From Caldimicrobium thiodismutans (GTDB taxonomy: Bacteria; Desulfobacterota; Thermodesulfobacteria; Thermodesulfobacteriales; Thermodesulfobacteriaceae), in the NCBI RefSeq assembly GCF_001548275.1, contig NZ_AP014945.1:480001-512000 (forward strand): a DNA stretch of 32,000 nucleotides. Reading direction: 5' to 3'. Shown piece by piece: positions 16,632 through 24,887 of the stretch. The number at the start of each line of letters is the position of its first letter. The first letter of the stretch is position 1. Below the pieces are notes generated by a model. That model was not told the origin of the DNA, searched no databases, and saw nothing but the letters and a program-made list of their open reading frames with translations. Both the position numbers and the translations under genes were made by a program.

Positions 16632-17265
16632 GTTCAGAAAGCCCTTCCTTTTCAAGAAGAGTAATTAAAAATGTAAAATCGCCATTTTTTATATATTCGG
16701 GAATCGGGGCTAAGGCAAAGGTCTGAAGTTTTCTTTCTTTTTCCTCAGGGGATAAGCGACTTTCCAGGATTTTTTCTCTAATTTTACGCATAAGTATAAG
16801 ATAAATTGTATATTCTTCTCCAAAAAAGGATTCCAGTTTTTCCCGAATTCTTCTTGCCACAGCCGGGCTTGCTCCACCTGTAGAAATGGCAATTAGAAGA
16901 TCACCTCTTTGAACTTTTGAGGGCACAATGAAGGAACAAAGCTCAGGTTTATCCACCACATTGCAGGGGATTTTTCTTGCTTCAGCTTCTTGGAAAACCT
17001 TTTTTTGCACCTCTGGTGAATTGGTTGCAGAGATAACAAGAAAGGCCTCTTTAAGGTCTCCCTCTTGATAGGGTCTTCCTTCCCATTGAAGATTATAATC
17101 CCTAATGATTTTCTTAAGTGCTTCAGTGACCTCAGGCGAAATAATCTTAACCTTTGCACCGGCTTTAACTAAGGAAAGGACCTTTCTTTCTGCAACCTTC
17201 CCCCCCCCTATAACTACACATAACCTGTTTTTAAGGTTTAAAAAGATAGGATAATACTCAGTCAA
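16585..17265 (-). CDS. Precorrin-2 dehydrogenase / sirohydrochlorin ferrochelatase (CysG N-terminal / SirC-Met8 type)
   Basis: 226 aa. The N-terminus YPIFLNLKNRLCVVIGGGKVAERKV (Rossmann GGGxVA) is typical of the siroheme synthase N-domain. TTG start with SD gaggggtggggag; it overlaps the ligase gene end by 8 nt. Confidence 0.85.
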   Translation of the reverse strand: MTEYYPIFLNLKNRLCVVIGGGKVAERKVLSLVKAGAKVKIISPEVTEALKKIIRDYNLQWEGRPYQEGDLKEAFLVISATNSPEVQKKVFQEAEARKIPCNVVDKPELCSFIVPSKVQRGDLLIAISTGGASPAVARRIREKLESFFGEEYTIYLILMRKIREKILESRLSPEEKERKLQTFALAPIPEYIKNGDFTFLITLLEKEGLSELIPELNILYKSSRDK

Positions 17266-18409
17266 CTTCTCCCCACCCCTCTAATTTTTGTCCCCAGAAC
17301 TGGGTTGCCCTTGGATAGATTTTTTTAAATTCTACAAGGAAATAGCCATTTTCCCAGCTCTGTTTTATTATCTCAATATTTACTCTGGCCTGTTTAAAAT
17401 GAGCAAGAAGAGCATGATAGTTTTCTAAGTTTTTAAACCTTACCCTGAAAACTTCGTCAAAGACCTTTTTTTCTTTTATTGATTTAAGAGCCTCCTCAAA
17501 GAGGTTAGTTCCCAGAGTTTTATAGACTTCATCCTTGAATTCTTCAAATTCATAAAGATTTAGCAGGAGCCTTATCAATCTCAAACTAATGAAGTGAGGA
17601 TCTACCTCTCCAAGATAAGGAAAAACTACCTTTAGATCAGTCAGATTTGAATAGGGTGTTACATATTTTACCCTTGTGCCCTTTTCCTCAGGTTTAAAAA
17701 CAAGACCTTCTCTACCTTCTCTGTGATATCTCCGAATAAGGTCTTTGATTTTTTCATAATCTTTTTCTGGATGAAAGGGGCCTGAGATCTCAGGATGATT
17801 CAGCTTGAATTTCTGCAAAAGGTTTATTTTTCTTGAGCCTGGTAAAAACTCTCCTGTCCCCTTTTGGGCAAAGTCAAAGACAAAGAAATGGATGTCCCTT
17901 TTAAGATAAGGGGGCCATTCACTTACAAAGGGATTTTCTGGACCAGCTACCTCACAACATATTACAAAATCAGGATATTTGTTCAGGAAATTTGGAATAG
18001 TTGGTAAAAAGTCTTCCCAGCGATCTGTAGCAAAGGGGCAGACATATCCCCTGCGTGTAAAGGCTAAGATGTCCTTTCCTATCTTAACCAGCCTAACATT
18101 ATAGCCTTCAATCTTTTCTTCTGCATAAAAGGGATAGCTTAAGTATCTTATGAGACCAGTTTTGAGAACATAAATTCTCGGGATGGAAGGATAACCCCTA
18201 ACAAAAAGAGACTCATTGAAAAAGGTGCCTACTGGATAAGCTTTAAAATCTTTATTTATTCTGAAAAAGGAAAGATCTTTCCAGGTGGAAAAGATTACTT
18301 TGCCAGCATCATAAGCCTTTTCCCAGTCTTCCCAGTTATACTTTTTCAAATAGGGATTTTTTTCCCAGCAGGCCTTGAGATAGATTTTAATTTCTTCATG
18401 TTCTCTCAA
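17258..18409 (-). CDS. ATP-dependent RNA ligase, Rnl3 (Pab1020/MthRnl) family
   Basis: 383 aa with nucleotidyltransferase motifs: I EEKIEGYNVR (lysine nucleophile), Ia FTRRGYVCPFAT, III ICCEVAGPENPF, IV HFFVFDF, V REGLVFKP...RVKYVTP. The N-terminal extension and C-terminal dimerisation-like domain resemble archaeal Rnl3. TTG start with SD aaggagagg. Confidence 0.85.
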   Translation of the reverse strand: MREHEEIKIYLKACWEKNPYLKKYNWEDWEKAYDAGKVIFSTWKDLSFFRINKDFKAYPVGTFFNESLFVRGYPSIPRIYVLKTGLIRYLSYPFYAEEKIEGYNVRLVKIGKDILAFTRRGYVCPFATDRWEDFLPTIPNFLNKYPDFVICCEVAGPENPFVSEWPPYLKRDIHFFVFDFAQKGTGEFLPGSRKINLLQKFKLNHPEISGPFHPEKDYEKIKDLIRRYHREGREGLVFKPEEKGTRVKYVTPYSNLTDLKVVFPYLGEVDPHFISLRLIRLLLNLYEFEEFKDEVYKTLGTNLFEEALKSIKEKKVFDEVFRVRFKNLENYHALLAHFKQARVNIEIIKQSWENGYFLVEFKKIYPRATQFWGQKLEGWGEVD

Positions 18410-19445
18410 GAAATACCTCTCCTTTCTCTTTCAACTTTCCTTCAATTCTAATCTTTATTTTATCCAGAAATTGTGGAATTAACCAGCCTTGAGTTAAAAG
18501 ATGCATGGTTATACAAGAAACAGTGTAAGAAAATTTACTGGAGGGGCTTTCAAGAAGGGCCAGGCTTGCTGGTAAAAGAAGCTGGTCTCCTAAATGTTCT
18601 TCGAACTGGGTTTTAGTTTCCAGAAACTTTAAAAAGGCAAGGGCAGAGGTCTTGCCCACTTCTTCAGCAGGAAATCCCTTTTTACCAAGGGTGGAAAAGC
18701 CTGCTCTTTTCTCCCCGTCCGTTGCTGTTATGAAAAGCATAGTGCCTGGAGAGAGGCTTTTTAATGTCTCATATTTGACCTTTGACTCTAAATTTTCCTT
18801 TGAAAGAATAGTTAGAGCAGATTTTGCCTGTCTTTCAAGAATATGAGAAGGAAGATTATCAGTAATAAAACTTAGGATTTCTATTTCATCTGGGGTAAAG
18901 CCATAAGTTAGAAAGGGAAGCTTGAGTTTTTCTTTTTTTTCTATTTGTGAAAAGACAATTCCCTCACCTTGTGGGTAAAAACCTGGTCTTTCAAGCTTAA
19001 GATTCCCTCTGAATCCAAAATTTTTTATCACTGGAAGCCAGACCTTTTCAAGATAATGATAGGTAGGGGAGTGGGGCACATGGGTTCCACCTTTAAGGTA
19101 AAGGGTAGCACCCTCGGAAAAGGAAAGGGGATAAAAGAGAGTTTGAAGAAGGAGGGAGGTTGAGCCAGCAGTCCCAATGTCAAAGGTATAGGTCTCCTTT
19201 TGAGGTTTTTTTTGTGGGATAAAGATAAGTTCCTGGGAATGCAAAGTATCTCCCTCTGTTATAGCAGAGGATATAATTTTAGAGGCCTTTACACAGGCCA
19301 GATGCTGAGGTTGAAGGCCTGGTTTTTGTCTTCCAGCTCGGATTTTAATTATTTTAAAGGGTTTCTGAAGAATTAGGGAGAGGGAAAGGGCTGTGCGAAG
19401 AATCTGGCCTCCACCTTCTCCATAAGATCCATCAATGATGAGCAA
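18396..19445 (-). CDS. rtcA: RNA 3'-terminal phosphate cyclase
   Basis: The N-terminus IDGSYGEGGGQILRTALSLSLIL is a near-canonical RtcA signature. Length is 349 aa and the late histidine region is present (ITMHLLTQ). TTG start 3 nt after the fabG stop. Confidence 0.92.
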   Translation of the reverse strand: MLIIDGSYGEGGGQILRTALSLSLILQKPFKIIKIRAGRQKPGLQPQHLACVKASKIISSAITEGDTLHSQELIFIPQKKPQKETYTFDIGTAGSTSLLLQTLFYPLSFSEGATLYLKGGTHVPHSPTYHYLEKVWLPVIKNFGFRGNLKLERPGFYPQGEGIVFSQIEKKEKLKLPFLTYGFTPDEIEILSFITDNLPSHILERQAKSALTILSKENLESKVKYETLKSLSPGTMLFITATDGEKRAGFSTLGKKGFPAEEVGKTSALAFLKFLETKTQFEEHLGDQLLLPASLALLESPSSKFSYTVSCITMHLLTQGWLIPQFLDKIKIRIEGKLKEKGEVFLERT

Positions 19446-19448
19446 GGA

Positions 19449-20192
19449 TTAGCCCCGGAAAAGGCCTCCATTTATGTGAAAAACTGTGCCAGTTATATAA
19501 CTTGCCTGGTCACTTGCTAAAAAAACAGTTAAATAAGCAACCTCCTCAGGAAGCCCAGCTCTTTTAAGGGGAATCTCCTGTAAAAAGGCCTCTTTTACCT
19601 TTTCTGGCAATTTTTCTGTCATATCTGTCTCTATATATCCCGGAGCAATAGCATTAACTGTGATATTTCTTCCAGCAACTTCTAAGGATAGAGCCTTGGT
19701 AAAGCCAATTAGCCCTGCTTTAGCAGTTGCATAATTGACCTGTCCGGGATTTCCAGTAAAGGCAACTACTGAAGAGATGTTAATTATTCTTCCCCATCTG
19801 GTTTTAAGCATCATAGGTAAGACCGCCTGAGTAACATAAAAGGCAGAAAAAAGATTGGTCTTAAGCACAGCGTCCCAGTCTTCTTCTTTCATTCGAATAA
19901 AAAGGGTATCCCTTGTAATACCAGCGTTGTTAACCAAAATATGAATGTTACCGAGGGTTTCCTCAATTTCTTTAAGGGCCTTTTTTACTTCCTCTGGCTT
20001 GGATACATCAAAGCGAGATAGATGGGCTTTTCCTCCTATGGCCTCAATAGAGTCTTTTACCTCTTTGGCCTTATCTTCTGAACCAAGATAGTTTATTACT
20101 ACCTCAGCACCAGCCCGAGCAAGCTCTTTGGCTATTGCCCTTCCGATTCCCCTTGAAGCACCTGTAACAAGTGCAATCTTTCCTTGAAGCAT
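19449..20192 (-). CDS. fabG: 3-oxoacyl-[ACP] reductase (SDR)
   Basis: The cofactor motif is TGASRGIG, followed by NNAG and the catalytic S...YxxxK (NYATAKAG). 247 aa, with the FabG-like C-terminus GTVFHINGGLF. Confidence 0.88.
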   Translation of the reverse strand: MLQGKIALVTGASRGIGRAIAKELARAGAEVVINYLGSEDKAKEVKDSIEAIGGKAHLSRFDVSKPEEVKKALKEIEETLGNIHILVNNAGITRDTLFIRMKEEDWDAVLKTNLFSAFYVTQAVLPMMLKTRWGRIINISSVVAFTGNPGQVNYATAKAGLIGFTKALSLEVAGRNITVNAIAPGYIETDMTEKLPEKVKEAFLQEIPLKRAGLPEEVAYLTVFLASDQASYITGTVFHINGGLFRG

Positions 20193-20203
20193 TTTCCCTC
20201 CTC

Positions 20204-20668
20204 CTACAGAAGGTTGAACTTTCTTAAAATTTCCGCAAACCTTTGATCCTCTTTAGCAAACTCTCTTAAGGCCTCAAGAACCCTCTTCAAGGTCCCATCT
20301 TTCTCAAGGGCTTCAAGAGCCTCCCTTCTTGCCTCTCTCAACATTGTCCTCCTATCCCATAAGGCAAGACCAATAACTGCTACAACTAAGGCTGTAAATA
20401 TCCCAGAAAGAATCCATAGAAAATTTCTAAGCTCTTCAAACCTTTTGTCAATTTGCTCAAACCTTTTGTCAATCTGTTCAAACCTTTTGTCAATCTGTTC
20501 AAACCTTTTGTCAAATTCCGTAAGTTTTGCCTCTACCCTGATAAGTCTATCCCTATCCTCAAGGGTAAAGGGCACCTCCTTTGCAGAATAGGATACCCCA
20601 TATAAAGTCATCTCAAAAAATATTAAAAAAAGAAATCCAAAGAAAACTTCTTTAAATTTGCTCTGCAT
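20204..20668 (-). CDS. Membrane protein with four tandem heptads (DKRFEQI), function unknown
   Basis: 154 aa. An N-terminal hydrophobic segment is followed by the coiled-coil FDKRFEQIDKRFEQIDKRFEQIDKRFEEL, then a TM (FLWILSGIFTALVVAVIGLALW) and a helical tail. SD aggagga. It is the first gene of the minus-strand operon. Confidence 0.75.
   Translation of the reverse strand: MQSKFKEVFFGFLFLIFFEMTLYGVSYSAKEVPFTLEDRDRLIRVEAKLTEFDKRFEQIDKRFEQIDKRFEQIDKRFEELRNFLWILSGIFTALVVAVIGLALWDRRTMLREARREALEALEKDGTLKRVLEALREFAKEDQRFAEILRKFNLL
20445..20528 (-). repeat. 21-bp tandem repeat x4, in frame within the 20204..20668 CDS
   Basis: The units are ttcaaaccttttgtcaatttg, ctcaaaccttttgtcaatctg, ttcaaaccttttgtcaatctg and ttcaaaccttttgtcaaattc, arranged head to tail. 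Confidence 0.95.
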
Positions 20669-20701
20669 TTTCCATCCTCCTGTTTATCTATTTAATCAAA
20701 T

Positions 20702-20729
20702 ATTTTACTGAATTCCTCTGGAATATCAA
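20702..20729 (-). promoter_or_regulatory. Sigma70-like promoter candidate for the membrane-protein/fabG/rtcA/rnl operon
   Basis: On the minus strand: TTGATA (20729..20724), 16-nt spacer, TAAAAT (20707..20702), about 34 nt upstream of the ATG at 20668. Confidence 0.35.
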
Positions 20730-20840
20730 GTAAAAGTATGAGGCCAGGTCTTTACTACCTAAGCACGAAGGTGAGACTAAAATCTGCTTTTTTGGGAGAT
20801 AAATCTTACAGAGCACCTACCTGCATACATATAAAAGTTC

Positions 20841-22388
20841 TTAAATTCTTTCCCAGTTATAGGAAACTATGTTTTTGGTATCTTTACTAAAATCAAAGCC
20901 AAGGAGATAGAGCTCTTTGAACTTCCCTCTATATTTTTCGTGATACCCCTTTTCTTTAAGCTGTTCTATTGCCTTAGGGCTTTCTCCTTCCATCTCAACC
21001 ACCTTAAACTCAACTATAAAACATCTCTCCTCAAAAATTATTGTTAAATCAATCCTTCCAAGGCTTGTATAATCCTCAAGGATTACCTCAAAGCCTGCCC
21101 CTTCAAGAAAACTATAAACCACACTGGCATAATACCCTTCATAACCTGCTATTTCATTACTTCTATACCACTCATAGGGAATCCCTAAAAAAAGGGTCTT
21201 TAAAACCTCTCCAAAGGCGGAAACCCTTCCCTCCCTCAATGCCCTGGTTAATTTAAGGGTAAGCCTTGCACTCTCAGGCCCCTTCCTTGTCAAATAATCC
21301 ACTATGTAATTATTCAGGGAAACTTTAACCTCTTTATTGGGATAACTAAGATAATAGAGGTATCCCGATGGGATTTCTTCAACACCTTTTATGGTGAGAT
21401 AGCCTGTTTGAAAGAGAAGGTTTTCTGGTTCAATAAAGTCCACATCAAAGCTTCCAAGGAGGCGCTCTGAAGCCATAAGCTCTGAAAGCTGGGGGATATA
21501 AAATTTCTTTTCCACAAGGAGTTTAATAAGAAAACTGGGAGTTCCTGTCTCAAACCAGTAGGGGTGAAAGGTTCTTTTCTTAAGATAGAGAAGCACATCA
21601 AAGGGATTGTAAACGGGTTCACCAAGCCAGGAATAACCATTATACCAGCATTTTATAAGCTTTAAGTCTTTATCTTCTAATTCTTCTCTGAAGACCTCTT
21701 CAAGCTCTTTCTGAGTGTATCCACAGATTTCTGCAAATCTCTTATCAAGGGTAATGTCATTTAACTGATTTAGCCCTGAAAAAAGAGAGACCTTTGAAAA
21801 TTTGGAAACCCCTGTTAGGAAAACAAATTTTAAATAAGCATCAAGGGGCTTAAGAACACTATAAAAGTTCTTGAGGACATCTCTTATTGCCTTTGCGGTC
21901 TCTCTATCCTCAATGCAATCAAGAATGGGTTTGTCATATTCATCAACAAGAACTACCACTTTAGATGCATATTTTTGAGAAAGTTTTAAGATTAGTTCCC
22001 TGAAACAGGCATGATAATCATCTTTCCATTTACAGGTAATATCATAAAGATTTTGATGTTCCTCAAGTTGCTGAAGAATCCATTTCTCAAGGGCTTCTAT
22101 ACCTTTAACCTCTCCTCCCCCAAAATCAATATGAATAACAGGATACCTGACACTCCAGTCCCAGTTCTTTTCAAGATAGAGCCCCTGGAAAAGCTCCTTT
22201 CTTCCAAGAAAGGCCTGCTTTAAGGTGTCCACGAAAAGGGATTTTCCAAATCTCCTTGGGCGAGAGAGAAAATAGTATTTTCCTTCGGAGACAAGTTTGG
22301 CTACAAAATGAGTTTTATCCACATAATAATAAGGCTCTGAGCGAATCTCCACAAAGCTTGAAATTCCAATGGGAAGTTTTTTCTCCAT
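20841..22388 (-). CDS. AAA-ATPase-like domain protein with C-terminal PD-(D/E)XK nuclease domain (PF09820/PF08011-type architecture)
   Basis: The N-terminus KLPIGISSFVEIRSEPYYYVDKTHFVAKL...YFLSRPRRFGKSLFVDTLKQAF is the hallmark of the predicted AAA-ATPase family. Walker-B-like VVVLVDEYDKP is present. The C-terminus has GRIDLTI...FIVEFKV (D...ExK). Confidence 0.88.
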   Translation of the reverse strand: MEKKLPIGISSFVEIRSEPYYYVDKTHFVAKLVSEGKYYFLSRPRRFGKSLFVDTLKQAFLGRKELFQGLYLEKNWDWSVRYPVIHIDFGGGEVKGIEALEKWILQQLEEHQNLYDITCKWKDDYHACFRELILKLSQKYASKVVVLVDEYDKPILDCIEDRETAKAIRDVLKNFYSVLKPLDAYLKFVFLTGVSKFSKVSLFSGLNQLNDITLDKRFAEICGYTQKELEEVFREELEDKDLKLIKCWYNGYSWLGEPVYNPFDVLLYLKKRTFHPYWFETGTPSFLIKLLVEKKFYIPQLSELMASERLLGSFDVDFIEPENLLFQTGYLTIKGVEEIPSGYLYYLSYPNKEVKVSLNNYIVDYLTRKGPESARLTLKLTRALREGRVSAFGEVLKTLFLGIPYEWYRSNEIAGYEGYYASVVYSFLEGAGFEVILEDYTSLGRIDLTIIFEERCFIVEFKVVEMEGESPKAIEQLKEKGYHEKYRGKFKELYLLGFDFSKDTKNIVSYNWERI

Positions 22389-22429
22389 AGTTTTATTTTA
22401 AGGCTTCTTTTTTCAAAATCAATGTTAAT

Positions 22430-22453
22430 GCTTATGTAGAGGCATACATAAGC
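22430..22453. promoter_or_regulatory. Perfect 9-bp inverted repeat (operator or hairpin) in a divergent intergenic region
   Basis: gcttatgta (22430..22438), loop gaggca, tacataagc (22445..22453). It lies 42-65 nt from the ATG of the AAA-ATPase-like gene. Confidence 0.4.
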
Positions 22454-22580
22454 GCTAATATTATAATTTTAGAAGACTATTTGCAAAGGCAGTGATGGGG
22501 ATTAAATCTTGTAAGGAAGGGACCTTATGCAAAAACAGCAAAGATATTTGCCTTAAGATTCTTTTTGAGTTAAAATATCA

Positions 22581-23159
22581 ATGATGCTCAAAATAGTTAA
22601 GGGCTTTACCTTAATTTTCCTTGGAATCCTTTTGATTGCCTGTGAAAAAGGCAAAATAACAAGTTCTTTAAGTGATTTTAAGGATACCACTCTTGAAAAG
22701 GTCAAAGCCAATCTTTCCGGTCTTCCTTTTCTTGGTAGGTTTATCAAGCTTCATCCCGCTCCTAAGGAGCTTTATAAAAAGACCGAGGAAAAGATGGCCC
22801 TTCTTAATCTTTCTCAAGCTAAGGATCTCTATCCTCAGGAGTATGCTGAATTATCCAAAAAATGGGAAAGAGCTAAGGCCTATTATAAAAAGAAATATTT
22901 TCTTTCAGCTGAAAAGGTCTTAAAGGAAGTTTTAAAATCTGCAGAGGAGCTATTAAATAAAGTTGAGGATTATAATAGAAATTTAAAGGAAAAGGCCCTT
23001 TTAAAATATAAAGAAAGGGAAAAAGCCCTTCTTGAAAAGTCTCTCAAAGGAGAAAAAGAAATTGTTAAGGTCAGGTTGTATCTCTGGAGGCTTAAAAATC
23101 TTATAGAACTTGGAAAATATGATGAGTTTGAGAAGGAACTTGAAAAAACCCCTTTTTAA
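22581..23159 (+). CDS. Lipoprotein, K/E-rich helical, unknown function
   Basis: The signal peptide has a lipobox (LGILLIAC). The remainder is lysine/glutamate-rich with predicted coiled-coil character. Confidence 0.7.
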   Translation: MMLKIVKGFTLIFLGILLIACEKGKITSSLSDFKDTTLEKVKANLSGLPFLGRFIKLHPAPKELYKKTEEKMALLNLSQAKDLYPQEYAELSKKWERAKAYYKKKYFLSAEKVLKEVLKSAEELLNKVEDYNRNLKEKALLKYKEREKALLEKSLKGEKEIVKVRLYLWRLKNLIELGKYDEFEKELEKTPF

Positions 23160-23616
23160 AAAGGACTGGTTTCACCTTTTTTTTGCAACAGGCGCCTTTG
23201 TAGGATTCATTCCTCCCTTTCCAGGCACCCTGGGGGCTTTGGAGGGGATTTTCCTCTATCAAATAACTCTGGAAATGGCCTTATATGTAAAACTTCTTTT
23301 AAGTATTTTTTTTATTTTGATTGGCCTTTTATCCTCCAGCTATGTATCCGTCCTTTTAAATAACAAAGATCCTGATGAAGTTGTTATTGATGAGGTTGCT
23401 GGAGCATATATTGCCTGCCTGGGTAAGACCACTATATTAGAACTTGTCCTTGTATTTATTTTATTTAGAATTATAGATATAACAAAGCCCTTTCCTTTAA
23501 AGAGACTTGAGAGTCTCAGGGGAGGATGGGGGATTATGCTTGATGATATCCTTGCGGGTATTATGACCAATCTCATTGTAGGTCTTATAATTATATTTTC
23601 TAAGGTGAGTTTATGA
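23119..23616 (+). CDS. pgpA: Phosphatidylglycerophosphatase A
   Basis: PgpA blocks ATGAFVGFIPPFPGTLGAL, VVIDEVAG, DITKPFPL and GWGIMLDDILAG are present. The start is uncertain (TTG 23110, ATG 23119 or 23122) and overlaps the upstream gene end. Confidence 0.85.
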   Translation: MMSLRRNLKKPLFKKDWFHLFFATGAFVGFIPPFPGTLGALEGIFLYQITLEMALYVKLLLSIFFILIGLLSSSYVSVLLNNKDPDEVVIDEVAGAYIACLGKTTILELVLVFILFRIIDITKPFPLKRLESLRGGWGIMLDDILAGIMTNLIVGLIIIFSKVSL

Positions 23617-24887
23617 GGGGGGCTCTTCTTTTTATAGGTGATGAGCTTATTTCAGGGAGGATTTTAAACACTAATGCAGAGTTTGCAGGAAAAATCCTTT
23701 CCGCTACAGGGCTTAAACTCACAGAAATCGTAACCGTTCCTGATGAGGAACCTCAAATTATTAAGACTTTCAAGCGCCTTTTAGAGGAATATGACTTTGT
23801 TATAACCTCAGGTGGCCTTGGGCCAACAGAGGATGATCTAACCACTGAGGCAATTACTAAGGCCCTAAATCTTGAACTCAAAGAGAGTAAAACCCTTCTT
23901 TCTGCCATTCTATCCTCAGGTGAATATAAAGGAACTTTGGGTATGGCCAAAAAGATGTCTATGCTTCCAGAGGGTGCTGAAATCCTCTCTGAGGACTCAA
24001 AGATGCTTGGTTTCTATTTGCACTATCAAGGGAAAAAACTTTTCTTTCTCCCAGGCGTTCCTGAACAATTTAGATTTCTTTTAAAAGATCGTGTTATTCC
24101 CCTTCTCTGTGAGGTAAGAGGTGGTGAAAGAGGTATTTGTAAAGAAGAAAGGATCCTTAAAAATTTTATTTTCTTTGATCTTAATGAGACGGATCTCAAT
24201 CAATTTATTTTGAGTCTTAAAGGCAAAGAAGAGATAAAAATTGGTTATTATCCTCTTATTCCTGAGGTTAGATTAGTTCTTCTTGGGGATAAAGAAAAGG
24301 TTGAGGAGGTTGGAAATCAGATTAAGGAGAGGTTTAAAGTTAATTTGATAAGTGAAGAAGACGAATCTTTACCTGTGATTACTGGAAAAATTTTAATGGA
24401 GAGAAGGCTTACTTTAGCAACTGCTGAATCCTGCACAGGGGGGTATCTGGCAAGTTTAATCACATCTATTTCAGGATCTTCAGCCTATTTTGAAAGAGGT
24501 TTTGTGACCTATAGTGCCCAGAGTAAAATAGAGCTTTTAGGTGTGAAAGAGGAGACCCTTAGAGAAAAAGGGATTTACAGCTTTGAAACAGCTCTTGAGA
24601 TGGCTTACGGGGCAAGATTAATAGCGAAAACAGATTTTGCCTTATCTACAACTGGCATTGCTGGTCCAACAGGAGGAACTGCAGAAATCCCTGTAGGTAC
24701 AGTCTTTATCGGTCTTTCCGTCCCCCACAGGGTCTTTGCCCTGCACTTTCGTTTTGAGGGAGATAGACAGACTATCCAAAGGATGGCCAGTTACACAGCC
24801 CTTGATCTTTTAAGGAGGTATCTCCTGTATGGTGAGAGCCTTTTTAGCTATAGATTTGCCCTCGGATTTAAAGAAAGAACTTTTTAA
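23613..24887 (+). CDS. cinA: CinA: MoCF-binding domain plus nicotinamide-nucleotide amidohydrolase (PncC) domain
   Basis: The N-terminal domain has FIGDELISGRILNTNA...ITSGGLGPTEDDLT. The C-terminal domain has LATAESCTGGYLAS...STTGIAGPTGG. Confidence 0.9.
   Translation: MRGALLFIGDELISGRILNTNAEFAGKILSATGLKLTEIVTVPDEEPQIIKTFKRLLEEYDFVITSGGLGPTEDDLTTEAITKALNLELKESKTLLSAILSSGEYKGTLGMAKKMSMLPEGAEILSEDSKMLGFYLHYQGKKLFFLPGVPEQFRFLLKDRVIPLLCEVRGGERGICKEERILKNFIFFDLNETDLNQFILSLKGKEEIKIGYYPLIPEVRLVLLGDKEKVEEVGNQIKERFKVNLISEEDESLPVITGKILMERRLTLATAESCTGGYLASLITSISGSSAYFERGFVTYSAQSKIELLGVKEETLREKGIYSFETALEMAYGARLIAKTDFALSTTGIAGPTGGTAEIPVGTVFIGLSVPHRVFALHFRFEGDRQTIQRMASYTALDLLRRYLLYGESLFSYRFALGFKERTF

Noticed and set aside
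19446-20203. Sigma54/RtcR-type control of rtcA
   Set aside because: rtcA starts 3 nt after fabG, so there is no room for a promoter. I found no TGGCAC-N5-TTGC element and no rtcR-like gene in the window.
20445-20528. Possible CRISPR-like array
   Set aside because: The 21-nt units are directly adjacent with no spacers. They lie in frame inside a CDS with a good SD and encode a regular heptad, so this is a coding tandem repeat and not a CRISPR array.
20669-20840. Fourth copy of the mosaic repeat, or an SRP/6S-like RNA, in the 172-nt gap
   Set aside because: Only a short match (agtctca) to the repeat 3' block is present. There are no SRP, RNase P or tmRNA signature motifs. The gap is adequately explained by a promoter candidate and 5' UTR.
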